DNA of 64,000 nucleotides from Promethearchaeota archaeon (GTDB lineage: Archaea > Asgardarchaeota > Lokiarchaeia > Sigyniarchaeales > SOKP01): positions 1 to 64,000 of the forward strand of contig JAHPZE010000025.1 of NCBI GenBank assembly GCA_019058365.1, written 5' to 3'. Every line of letters begins with the position of its first letter. Within the stretch, counting starts at the first letter, position 1. Position numbers and translations under genes: made by a program. A model generated the notes under the pieces. That model saw only the letters and a program-made list of their open reading frames with translations. It ran no database searches and was not told the origin of the DNA. Of this stretch, positions 21,395 through 31,024 are shown piece by piece.

Positions 21395-21634
21395 TTAATC
21401 TATATATCCCAAATCTCTTAATCGTTGTTTTACTTTTTCTTCTTCTTCCTTCGTAAATGCTTGTTTAGATCGCTCATCTTCTTCAATTGAAGATAATACT
21501 TGTCTTAATACATATGTAACATAACTTGATACTGAAGAAAACCCAGTACCTTTCATACGCTCTTTTATTTTTTCGACTAGAGGTTTTGGTATCGAAACTG
21601 TTGAATATTCAACTTTATGTTCTTCTTCATTCAT
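21395..21634 (-). CDS. CopG/ribbon-helix-helix protein with C-terminal RLRDLGY tail
   Basis: TVSIPKPLVEKI...FSSVSSYVTYVLR RHH pattern; first gene of the sat operon. Confidence 0.85.
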   Translation of the reverse strand: MNEEEHKVEYSTVSIPKPLVEKIKERMKGTGFSSVSSYVTYVLRQVLSSIEEDERSKQAFTKEEEEKVKQRLRDLGYID

Positions 21635-21739
21635 ATTTAGTAACTTTCGATTTAATTATAATCAATTATATTTAATTATTTTTAATTAAAAAAGATAATG
21701 ATTTGAATCAAAAAGAAATCGTTAATCAATAAAAAGTCC

Positions 21740-22612
21740 TTAAACTGAATTTCTTTTGTTGTTAAACATGGATAAAACAGATTCCAATTTAGTAGTATCA
21801 CCCCAAAACTCCATTGATACATAATCAGGGTAAGGATAATAACCTAAATTTAATTTAATTGATTTTTTTCTTCTTTTTACATGTTCATCTACGAGCTTCT
21901 TAATAGATAGTGGTTTTCCACTACAACAATTTATTATACCAAGTATTTTATCTTGTAATGATATCTTTATGATATATTCAGCAACTTTTTCAACTGGTAA
22001 ATAATCTCTTAATTGTTCCCCACCAGACATATTAAAGATTTCTTCGTTATTATCCAAAGCTTTATCTAATTGGGGGATTATTGATTTAAGGGATTGTCCT
22101 TTTCCATACATATAAAAAAGTCTTATCCAGTGAAACTTAAAATTATAAATTTTTGCTAATTCTTGAATAAATTTTCTGAGTGTGTCTTTAGCTAGAGGAT
22201 ATGCTATAATTGGATTTGTTTCCATATCTTCAGATAGACTACCTTTTTTTTTCCCATATTCAAAACATGTTCCCGTTATACTCAGACGCTTTAAACCATG
22301 TGAAATCATATTTTTTATGAAATGATAGTCATTAAATAAATTTCTTTCAAAATGATATAACTCTTTAAAATTCGGAAGCCCTTCCCAAGCTAAATGAATC
22401 AACAAATCGGGATTCTGAAAATATGTAAAATAGTTTTCTTTTTTTTCATATAAGTCGCAAGGAATAAATGTTACATCTGAATACCAAGGTAATTTTTTAT
22501 TACTTTCTTGATCTAGTGCACTCGCTATTATTTCATGTTCCTTTAATTCTAATAACTGCTCTATAACATAATTACCAATAAAACCTGTTGCACCAGTTAC
22601 CAGAATCTTCAT
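21740..22612 (-). CDS. NDP-4-keto-6-deoxyhexose reductase/epimerase (extended SDR)
   Basis: TGATGFIG, HLAW, GTCFEYG, YPLAK; last gene of the rfbF-rfbG-rfbC operon. Confidence 0.8.
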   Translation of the reverse strand: MKILVTGATGFIGNYVIEQLLELKEHEIIASALDQESNKKLPWYSDVTFIPCDLYEKKENYFTYFQNPDLLIHLAWEGLPNFKELYHFERNLFNDYHFIKNMISHGLKRLSITGTCFEYGKKKGSLSEDMETNPIIAYPLAKDTLRKFIQELAKIYNFKFHWIRLFYMYGKGQSLKSIIPQLDKALDNNEEIFNMSGGEQLRDYLPVEKVAEYIIKISLQDKILGIINCCSGKPLSIKKLVDEHVKRRKKSIKLNLGYYPYPDYVSMEFWGDTTKLESVLSMFNNKRNSV

Positions 22613-22615
22613 TTT

Positions 22616-23173
22616 TTAAACCTTAATCCCTTTAAAATCATTTTTTAAAAGCTCTAATTCTTTATCTTTTTTTGATATATCTGTAACTTCTAAAGGCCAT
22701 TTTATATCAATCTTAGGATCATTATATCTAATTCCACCTTCTTTTTCTGCACTATAAACTTCAGTTGTAAAATAAATCATCTCGATATTATCATTCAGAG
22801 CTTGGAAACCATGTGCAAATCCTTCTGGGATATATAACATTTTCATATTTTCAGCTGATAATATTTCACTATGATATTGTAAAAATGTAGGAGAACCTTT
22901 TCTTATATCTATTGCAACATCATGAATTGTACCTTTAATGCATCTAACAATTTTTATTTCTGCTTTAGGCGGATACTGGAAGTGCATTCCCCTAATAGAT
23001 CCTTTTTTTTTTGTAATTGAATGATTAATATTAACAATTTCTTTAGAATGCCCTATCTCTTTAAATTCATTTTTGCCAAATATTCTAGCAAACATACCTC
23101 TATTGTCAATAAAGGGTTCAGGCTCTACAATATAAATATTTTGTATTTTAGATTCAATAAATTTCATTTTCAT
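22616..23173 (-). CDS. rfbC: RmlC-type NDP-4-keto-6-deoxyhexose 3(,5)-epimerase
   Basis: DNRGMF, RGMHFQ, DIRKGSPTF, GFAHGFQ. Confidence 0.92.
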   Translation of the reverse strand: MKMKFIESKIQNIYIVEPEPFIDNRGMFARIFGKNEFKEIGHSKEIVNINHSITKKKGSIRGMHFQYPPKAEIKIVRCIKGTIHDVAIDIRKGSPTFLQYHSEILSAENMKMLYIPEGFAHGFQALNDNIEMIYFTTEVYSAEKEGGIRYNDPKIDIKWPLEVTDISKKDKELELLKNDFKGIKV

Positions 23174-23178
23174 AAAGT

Positions 23179-24270
23179 CTATTTAATCAATTTAAAATAA
23201 TCATTAATTAATTTTACATTAAAATCATAATTAACATCTTTTTCTTTGTACCAATCACAAATAAATTTTATAGATTCATCAACACTAATTTCTGGCTTCC
23301 AACCTAATAAATTAAAAGATTTCGAACTATCAAGTAATAATGTTTTAGTCTCATGGAATTTCTCGATTTTAGGAGGAGCTTCAATTGAATATGTTCCTTT
23401 ACCATAAGTATTAATAACTTTTTCCACAATTTCCTTAACTGAAAAAATGCTTTTATCATGTGGACCGAAATTCCAAGCTCCTATAAATTTCTCACCTTGT
23501 TCCCACATTTTCATAGCAAGTATTAGAAATCCTCGAATGGGTTCTAAAACATACTGCCATGGTCTTACATATGTTGGATTACGAATAATGATTTCTTGAT
23601 TTTCATTTATTGCTCTCATACAATCGGGAATAATTCGATGTTCTTGCCAATCTCCACCACCAATTACATTACCACATCTTACTGAAGACACAAACTTATT
23701 GGTTATGAATTTTTTCGGATTAAAAAAAGCATCTCTATAGGAAGATGTTACTATTTCAGAGCAAGCTTTGCTTGAGCTATATGGATCGAATCCCCCTAAA
23801 CGATCATCTTCCTTATAACCTCTCTTTAATTCTAGATTTGCATACACTTTATCTGTTGTACAATTTATCATTAATTTACAATGATTATTTTTCCTAAAAG
23901 CTTCAAAAATATTAATTGTACCCCCAACATTGATATCATACGTTTCTTTCGGTTTTAAATAGGAGTTTGTAACTATAGGTTGAGCTGCTAGATGAAATAT
24001 AATATCAGGTTGATATATTTTTACAATTGAATTTAATTTATCAAAATTTCTTATATCTACTATAACATTTACTAATTTCTCTTCAAGTTTAGATATAACA
24101 AAATTGTCTGCTTTAGTTAAAGGGGGTAACGCATATCCAATTAATTTAGAACCCCATTCATTAAGTAAAATAGCGAGCCAAGAACCAATAAATCCGGTGT
24201 GTCCAGTTATTAAAATTTTCTTATCTTCAAAAAAATCTTTAAATACCTTTATCATTACCAAACCTTCCAA
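23179..24270 (-). CDS. rfbG: CDP-glucose 4,6-dehydratase
   Basis: TGHTGFIGSW, TTDKVY, DPYSSSK, GNVIGGGDW, RPWQ; real start probably ATG 24255, coupled to the rfbF stop. Confidence 0.93.
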   Translation of the reverse strand: MEGLVMIKVFKDFFEDKKILITGHTGFIGSWLAILLNEWGSKLIGYALPPLTKADNFVISKLEEKLVNVIVDIRNFDKLNSIVKIYQPDIIFHLAAQPIVTNSYLKPKETYDINVGGTINIFEAFRKNNHCKLMINCTTDKVYANLELKRGYKEDDRLGGFDPYSSSKACSEIVTSSYRDAFFNPKKFITNKFVSSVRCGNVIGGGDWQEHRIIPDCMRAINENQEIIIRNPTYVRPWQYVLEPIRGFLILAMKMWEQGEKFIGAWNFGPHDKSIFSVKEIVEKVINTYGKGTYSIEAPPKIEKFHETKTLLLDSSKSFNLLGWKPEISVDESIKFICDWYKEKDVNYDFNVKLINDYFKLIK

Positions 24271-25025
24271 AATGCTTTATTTTCAATCCATAATTCATTA
24301 AGATAATCAACATCTCTCTCATGGTCCATACACGACCAACTCCCCTCATGGTTATAAACCATAACTTCTCCTTTATTAGTAAGTAGTTCAAGTGGTCCAT
24401 GTTCAAAATCACAATTCTCATTTGGTGTGAGATAATCCATTAATTTTTTATTAAAAACCATAAATCCTCCGTTTATCAGACCAATGGAGGTTTGAGGTTT
24501 TTCCTGAAATTTTAAAACTTTACCATCTTTTTGATTTAATTCTCCAAAACGCGATGGCGGACGGACGCCAGTAAGAGTAATTATTTTACCATGTGATTTA
24601 TGGAATTCAATAAGCTTCGGGAGATTGATATCAGCAACACCATCTCCATAAGTAAGTAAATTAATATCAGTATCAAGATATTTTTCTATTCTTTTTATTC
24701 TTCCACCTTTTTGTGTATTTAAACCTGTGTCAATTAAACTAACTTTCCAGTTCTCGTTATTATTTTTATAAAATTGAATATTTCCATTTGAGAGATCGAT
24801 TGTAAAGTCATTATTTTTCATTTCAAAGTGATAAAAATAGTCTTTAATAGTTTCCCCTTTTACACCTAAACATATAATAAAATCATTAAAACCATAATAT
24901 GAATAAATTTTCATAATATGCCATAAAATTGGTCTATTACCGATCTTTACCATAGGTTTTGGGATTAATTCAGTCAGCTGTCCTAATCTAGTACCCCAAC
25001 CTCCTGCTAGAATTATTACTTTCAT
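24255..25025 (-). CDS. rfbF: Glucose-1-phosphate cytidylyltransferase
   Basis: ILAGGWGTRL, PKPMV, GGRIKR, LTYGDG, INGGF, CMD. Confidence 0.94.
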   Translation of the reverse strand: MKVIILAGGWGTRLGQLTELIPKPMVKIGNRPILWHIMKIYSYYGFNDFIICLGVKGETIKDYFYHFEMKNNDFTIDLSNGNIQFYKNNNENWKVSLIDTGLNTQKGGRIKRIEKYLDTDINLLTYGDGVADINLPKLIEFHKSHGKIITLTGVRPPSRFGELNQKDGKVLKFQEKPQTSIGLINGGFMVFNKKLMDYLTPNENCDFEHGPLELLTNKGEVMVYNHEGSWSCMDHERDVDYLNELWIENKAFWKVW

Positions 25026-25408
25026 GTTTTTGTAAACTCTATTTTTGTTAATACTAAATTTTTAAGTTTTTAACTTCCAATAAATTACAAATTTTTTAAA
25101 TCTTAATTCTTCAAATCACTTTTTAATAAATAAACATAAGGTTTTTCGATACCATATTTTTAATATTTTATATTTTTTAAATAATAACTAATATATTAAT
25201 TGGATGCCTATAATCATAGAAAGATAGTATCTACCAATTAATGGAGAAACTTAGCGAATTATTGAACAAAAATCTTTTAAAATTCTAGATATAATCCAAA
25301 TTATTGTAAAACATTGAGATTAACTTGAAAAAAAATAAATATATCTTCAATATTTTTATACAATGGATATGAAATTAAATAATATAATAAATTCATTAAT
25401 TCAAGTGT

Positions 25409-26344
25409 GTGAGAATGGATAAAAATTCGAAAATATATGTTGCAGGTCATAAAGGACTCGTTGGGTCTGCAATAATCAGACAATTGAGAAAGGAAGGATA
25501 TGATAATCTTGTTTTTAAGACTCATATTGAGTTAGAATTAACAGAACAGCAAAACGTATTTGATTATTTTAAAGAAGAAAGGCCTGAGTATGTATTCTTA
25601 GCTGCGGCAAAAGTAGGAGGTATTTTATCAAATAATACTTATCCGGCACAATTTATTTATAGCAATTTACAAATTCAAACATCCATTATTCATGCATGTT
25701 ATAAATTTGAAGTAAAAAAATTGCTTTTTTTAGGAAGTTCATGTATTTATCCAAAATTTGCTTCTCAACCTATGTCAGAAGACGCTCTTCTTTCAGGAAA
25801 GTTAGAACCTACAAATCAAGCATATGCAATAGCAAAAATTGCGGGAATAATAATGTGCCAATCCTATAATACTGAATATGGAACGAATTTCATTAGCGTA
25901 ATGCCTACAAATTTATATGGTCCTAATGATCATTATGATTTATATAATTCTCATGTTTTACCAGCTCTTTTAAGAAAAATTCATGAAGCAAAAATTAATA
26001 ATTCTAAAACAGTTGAAATATGGGGTACTGGTACTGTTAGAAGAGAATTTCTTTATGTTGACGATTTAGCTAAAGCTTGTCTTTTTCTGATGAATAAATA
26101 TGATGCTGATGAAATCATTAATATTGGAACGGGAGAAGATATTACTATAAGAGAATTAGCAGAAACTATAGCAGAGGTTGTTGGATATAATAACGGGTTT
26201 CATTTTGATAAAACTAAGCCAGACGGTACACCCAAAAAGTTATTAAATGTTGAAAAAATTAATAAATTAGGTTGGAAAGCAAAAACTGATCTTCAAACTG
26301 GTCTTAAATTGACCTATGAAGATTTTCTTAAAAGATATAGTTAG
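25409..26344 (+). CDS. fcl: GDP-L-fucose synthase
   Basis: [37 protein letters not shown]. Confidence 0.96.
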   Translation: MRMDKNSKIYVAGHKGLVGSAIIRQLRKEGYDNLVFKTHIELELTEQQNVFDYFKEERPEYVFLAAAKVGGILSNNTYPAQFIYSNLQIQTSIIHACYKFEVKKLLFLGSSCIYPKFASQPMSEDALLSGKLEPTNQAYAIAKIAGIIMCQSYNTEYGTNFISVMPTNLYGPNDHYDLYNSHVLPALLRKIHEAKINNSKTVEIWGTGTVRREFLYVDDLAKACLFLMNKYDADEIINIGTGEDITIRELAETIAEVVGYNNGFHFDKTKPDGTPKKLLNVEKINKLGWKAKTDLQTGLKLTYEDFLKRYS

Positions 26345-26399
26345 TTTTAGTTAATTATCTATCAACTCTTAATTTAAATAACTGATCAATTTTTCAAAA

Positions 26400-27452
26400 G
26401 TGAGACATGTGAAGAAAGCTCTAATAACGGGAATAACTGGACAGGATGGTTCTTATTTAGCAGAGTTATTAATTGATAAAGGTTATAAAGTTTATGGGCT
26501 TGTAAGGCGTTCAAGTGTTATGAATAGACAAAGAATTGAAGATATATATTATAAAAAATATAACTATGATGAGGAGGATCTTCAAATTTTTTATGGAGAT
26601 TTAGGAGATTCAAGCTCTTTAAATCGTGTAATAAAAAAATGCTATCCAGATGAAGTCTATAACTTAGCTGCTCAAAGCCATGTTGGTGTGAGTTTTAAAA
26701 TTCCTGAATATACATGTGATGTAACGGGATTAGGAACAGTGAGATTATTAGATGCACTTAAAGACCAAGATATTGAAGCAAAATTTTATCAAGCGTCTAG
26801 TTCTGAGATGTTTGGGAACTCATTAATTGATTTCCAAAATGAAGAAACTCCCTTTATCCCTCAAAGTCCATATGCATGTGCGAAAGTTTTTTCTTTTAAT
26901 ATAACAAAGGTTTATAGGGAAGCGTATAATATGTTTGCATCAAATGGAATTCTCTTTAATCATGAATCCCCTAGGAGAGGAGAAAATTTTGTTACCAGAA
27001 AAATTACTCTCTCTCTCGCAAGAATTAAACTTGGTTTACAAGATATATTATATTTAGGAAATTTAGATGCAAAAAGGGATTGGGGTTTTGCTAAAGATTT
27101 TGTAGAAGCAATGTGGCTTATATTGCAGCACAAACAACCTGATGATTTTGTTATTGCGACCGGTGAGACACATACTGTAAAAGAATTTGTCGAAAAAGCT
27201 GCAAAGCTATTAAATTTTAATATTAAATGGGAGGGTAATGGAGTAAGTGAGAAGGGTATTGACATTAGAACTGGAAATACGTTAATTAAAGTAGATCCAA
27301 AATTTTATCGTCCCTTAGATGTTAATTTTTTAAAAGGAGATTCGACAAAAGCAAAAAAGGTACTTAATTGGGAACCAAAGATAACATTCAATAAACTAGT
27401 TGAAATTATGGTTGAAGCGGATTTAAAGAATGTAAAAAACAATTTGATTTAG
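26400..27452 (+). CDS. gmd: GDP-mannose 4,6-dehydratase
   Basis: ITGITGQDGSYL, AAQSHV, NHESPRRG, RDWG. Confidence 0.97.
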   Translation: MRHVKKALITGITGQDGSYLAELLIDKGYKVYGLVRRSSVMNRQRIEDIYYKKYNYDEEDLQIFYGDLGDSSSLNRVIKKCYPDEVYNLAAQSHVGVSFKIPEYTCDVTGLGTVRLLDALKDQDIEAKFYQASSSEMFGNSLIDFQNEETPFIPQSPYACAKVFSFNITKVYREAYNMFASNGILFNHESPRRGENFVTRKITLSLARIKLGLQDILYLGNLDAKRDWGFAKDFVEAMWLILQHKQPDDFVIATGETHTVKEFVEKAAKLLNFNIKWEGNGVSEKGIDIRTGNTLIKVDPKFYRPLDVNFLKGDSTKAKKVLNWEPKITFNKLVEIMVEADLKNVKNNLI

Positions 27453-27495
27453 TTTTTTCTTATATAAATTAATTCAAGTCAATACTAGGAAGACA

Positions 27496-28272
27496 ATGAA
27501 AAAATCTTCTAAAAAAAGTATGAGCATGTATGGTTTATTAAAACACCTTCAATCCGAGTTTTTAAATTTGAAAAAATTAAAAATACTCCTTCCAAAATTT
27601 CTAGAATATCATAAACAATGGATGTTATATTCAAATATGGAAGGAGCAGAACTTTCTGAATATACTGAAGCTTCTCCAAAAATTTATGATCAGACTGTAT
27701 CTTCCAAATTTGATAGTCACTATTTTTATCAAGATATCTGGGGTTTTAAAAGAATTTTAGAATCAAAATGTAAACGTCATATTGATGTAGGCTCAAATAT
27801 AACCTTTGTTGGATTACTTACAGCGATAACTGAGATAACATTTATTGATATTCGTCCATTAAGAGCTAATCTAGAAAATTTTAAATCAATAAAGGGTAAT
27901 ATTCTTTCATTACCATATGAAAATAATTCAATTTATTCAATATCTTGCTTACATGTTGCAGAACATATTGGATTAGGTAGATATGGAGATTCTCTTGATC
28001 CTTTAGGGACTAAAAAAGCAGCAAAAGAACTTTCAAGAATACTTGCTCCTGGAGGGAATCTACTTTTTTCTTTGCCAATTGGAAAACCTAAATTGTGTTT
28101 TAATGCCCATCGTATTCATTCTACTCAGCAGATTTTTGATTATTTTTCTGATCTGAAACTTCTTGAGCTTTCAGGAGTAGATGATAATGCTAATTTTATA
28201 GAAAATATTGATAGAAATATATTGGATTCATGCAATTATGGATGCGGTTTTTTTTGGTTTACCAAAGAATAA
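27496..28272 (+). CDS. DUF268-like SAM-dependent methyltransferase
   Basis: HIDVGS, SCLHVAEHIGLGRYGD, FNAHRI. Confidence 0.8.
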   Translation: MKKSSKKSMSMYGLLKHLQSEFLNLKKLKILLPKFLEYHKQWMLYSNMEGAELSEYTEASPKIYDQTVSSKFDSHYFYQDIWGFKRILESKCKRHIDVGSNITFVGLLTAITEITFIDIRPLRANLENFKSIKGNILSLPYENNSIYSISCLHVAEHIGLGRYGDSLDPLGTKKAAKELSRILAPGGNLLFSLPIGKPKLCFNAHRIHSTQQIFDYFSDLKLLELSGVDDNANFIENIDRNILDSCNYGCGFFWFTKE

Positions 28273-28358
28273 TTTATTTATTTTTTTATGAAAAAAAATG
28301 AATAAAAATAAAGAAACTTTCTTGAAATAAATAATGAAAAAGATGTAGTAAGAATAAA

Positions 28359-29000
28359 ATGGTTAATCTTAAAATTTTTATACGTAAATATGAAAAATTA
28401 TTGTTAGATAAATTTACAAAAAAAATAAGGAATATAAGGAATTTAAGAAAATGGATAAAAAGTGGAAAAAGTCCTCCAGGACCACATTTGTATAAAGAAA
28501 ATGTAGTTAAATATTATAATAGAAAATTTTCACCTGAAATTTTTGTTGAAACAGGAACTTATAAAGGAGATATGATTCATGCGGTAAAGAAAAAATTCAA
28601 ACAGATTTATTCTATTGAACTTAATGAAATCCTTTTTAGGAATGCAAAGAAAAGGTTTGCTAAAAATAACCATATTTCAATAATATATGGTGATAGCACT
28701 GTTCAGTTAAAAAAAGTTCTTTCAAAAATAGAAAAACCTTGTTTGTTTTGGCTTGATGCTCATTATTCTGGTGAGGGTACAGTGAAGGGTGATTTAGAAA
28801 CCCCAATTATGGAGGAAATAAATTTGATTTTAAATCAATCAAATTTAAAACATATAATCTTAATAGATGATGCAAGATTGTTTATAGGGAAAAATGATTA
28901 TCCAACAATAGAAAAAGTCAAAAAACTTGTTTTTAATTATCATAAAGATTGGTTAATTATAATAAAAGATGATATAATTCGAATTCATTCAAAGTCTTAA
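28359..29000 (+). CDS. Methyltransferase-fold protein of polysaccharide clusters
   Basis: FVETGTYKG, SIEL, GDS, FWLDAHYSG, LIDDAR. Confidence 0.75.
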   Translation: MVNLKIFIRKYEKLLLDKFTKKIRNIRNLRKWIKSGKSPPGPHLYKENVVKYYNRKFSPEIFVETGTYKGDMIHAVKKKFKQIYSIELNEILFRNAKKRFAKNNHISIIYGDSTVQLKKVLSKIEKPCLFWLDAHYSGEGTVKGDLETPIMEEINLILNQSNLKHIILIDDARLFIGKNDYPTIEKVKKLVFNYHKDWLIIIKDDIIRIHSKS

Positions 29001-29825
29001 TCATATTATTTTTTTTTTAAATAATTCATCTAAAAAATAAGGCATAGATTTTTGTGAAAGATGAACCCCATCAAAATAATAACTAACATTAGTTTCAAAA
29101 TTCTCAAAAACTAATTTATCAAAAATATTTATGAATGAAATGTTAAACTTCTCCAGTTTTTGCTTCAAATACTCGTTAAAATATTTTGAAACTTTATTTC
29201 TTTCGATATTTGTTCCATAAAATGGATATTCCTTCTCAAGAACATCATCTGTTATTCCACTAGGCATAACATTCCAAACTATAACATCAAATCCTTGTTC
29301 TTTTGTATCTTTTATAACAGAAAAATATCTATCAACACATTCTCTAATAATATTATGAATGTCCCTTTTCTGAAGTTCTGATTGTTTTAAAAGGTGTGCT
29401 CTACAATCAATCTCACCAAAACAAAATAAAACTTTATTTCCTGAAGGTATGAGGTGAGTTAGAATGTACAATAGTTTTTCTCGACCTCTCGATCGTGTTT
29501 TAAAATTACATAAGTTATATGCAAGAACAGGTCCAAGTCTATAACTTTTTAAAAAACTATATTTATTAATAGTTTTGTTAGGCCATCCAAGTTGTACTCG
29601 ATTATAACCAGAAAAGAAGCTAGCATGGCTATCTCCAATACAATATATATTAAATTTTGGTTTTTTCCTAAAAGTTAGAATTTTACGGAGAGGCACCAGT
29701 TTCCAAGCATCATCTAACGTTTTTTTAACTAAAATCTTGTTAAAATATGTTAAAACTTCTAGATAATCAAAAATCTTTACAAATATTATTAATACCAGAT
29801 ACACTAAATTCTTTAATTTGTTCAA
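29001..29825 (-). CDS. SGNH/GDSL-fold protein (putative glycan acetyl-esterase/transferase)
   Basis: IGDSHA block I, FGEIDCR, DGVHL catalytic DxxH. Confidence 0.7.
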   Translation of the reverse strand: MNKLKNLVYLVLIIFVKIFDYLEVLTYFNKILVKKTLDDAWKLVPLRKILTFRKKPKFNIYCIGDSHASFFSGYNRVQLGWPNKTINKYSFLKSYRLGPVLAYNLCNFKTRSRGREKLLYILTHLIPSGNKVLFCFGEIDCRAHLLKQSELQKRDIHNIIRECVDRYFSVIKDTKEQGFDVIVWNVMPSGITDDVLEKEYPFYGTNIERNKVSKYFNEYLKQKLEKFNISFINIFDKLVFENFETNVSYYFDGVHLSQKSMPYFLDELFKKKII

Positions 29826-29967
29826 ATTCCCAGATTTTTTTTTTTTATTTTCATAAAGCCAACAATTTGACTATAATTCTAACCTATTATTTAACTTGAA
29901 AAGAAAGGATTTTAAATATCTCAATCAATTAAATTTAATCCACTTTTACGATGAACATCTTAAGTAT

Positions 29968-30735
29968 CTAAATTTTACGCTTTAAAATACCTATTCCTGC
30001 CCCTTTTTGATTTTTATCTTCAATTATTTCAGTATAAGAATAATCTTCTTTGATTTCATTCCAAAATTTACTTACAAATATTTTTGATTCAATAGGACTG
30101 TCCGCGATATCATGTAATGATACTATTCCATTATCATCAATTAAAGGGCTATACATTTCAAAATCTTTTTTAATCCCCTCATAAGAATGATCCCCATCAA
30201 TAAATAGAAAATCTAATCTATTAGATTTTAAAACAGACTTTACTCTATTTAATGTTTCAATTGCATGAGAATTTGCTCTTATCAAATTGATTTTTTGTTT
30301 TGGAAAAGTAAATGATTTAAATAAAGGGATTTTCCATTTTGGATAACCTTTTCCAAAATTCCCTCCAGGCAAATCAACACTAATAATTACAGCATCTTCA
30401 GCTGCAATTCTAGAAAATAAAAATAGGGTAGCTCCCTTAGCAGTTCCAATTTCAAGTATAAATTTTGGTTTAATTTTTTTTACTATTTTTAATAACTTTA
30501 AAATCTCATATCTATTCTGGAACGGTATAAGCATTCCCTTACTTTCTAGATATAAAAAATTAAGTAGAAAATTTAAATTAAGATTTGGTTTTAGCTTTTT
30601 AATTCTGTGTATCAAAATTATTAAATTGAATAGCTTTTTTATTCTATGAAAAGTTCTTTTAAAAATTGACGTTATACCCTCTTCTCTTATTTTATCCATA
30701 ATACTTTTTACTGAATAATTTAAAATATTAAACAT
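29968..30735 (-). CDS. Class I SAM-dependent methyltransferase (Methyltransf_24-like)
   Basis: ILEIGTAKG, LFIDGDHSYEG, LHDI. Confidence 0.82.
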   Translation of the reverse strand: MFNILNYSVKSIMDKIREEGITSIFKRTFHRIKKLFNLIILIHRIKKLKPNLNLNFLLNFLYLESKGMLIPFQNRYEILKLLKIVKKIKPKFILEIGTAKGATLFLFSRIAAEDAVIISVDLPGGNFGKGYPKWKIPLFKSFTFPKQKINLIRANSHAIETLNRVKSVLKSNRLDFLFIDGDHSYEGIKKDFEMYSPLIDDNGIVSLHDIADSPIESKIFVSKFWNEIKEDYSYTEIIEDKNQKGAGIGILKRKI

Positions 30736-31024
30736 AATCTCACATCAATTCCATTATTCTCAACTATTTCAATTATAATAGTGATTCTTATTTTAGTGAT
30801 CTCTTTTCTTCAAATTCTTTATTGGTTAAAGAAGTATTATAAATTAGTTATCCTTTTTGCATTTTTATTTATTCAATAGATTCGTTTACACTATCTTGAA
30901 ATGTAAAAATTGTTTTCTTTTTTAAAGAAAATGACATAGAATTTATAGAGAAATCTATTAAAAACAAGGATTTTGACAGAAATGCTTTGTTAAATTTACT
31001 TTCTTTAAGATTGAATAATTTAAT

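Noticed and set aside
21343-21739. AT-only palindromes and a TAATTGAA direct repeat as RHH operators
   Set aside because: Indistinguishable from background in such AT-rich DNA.
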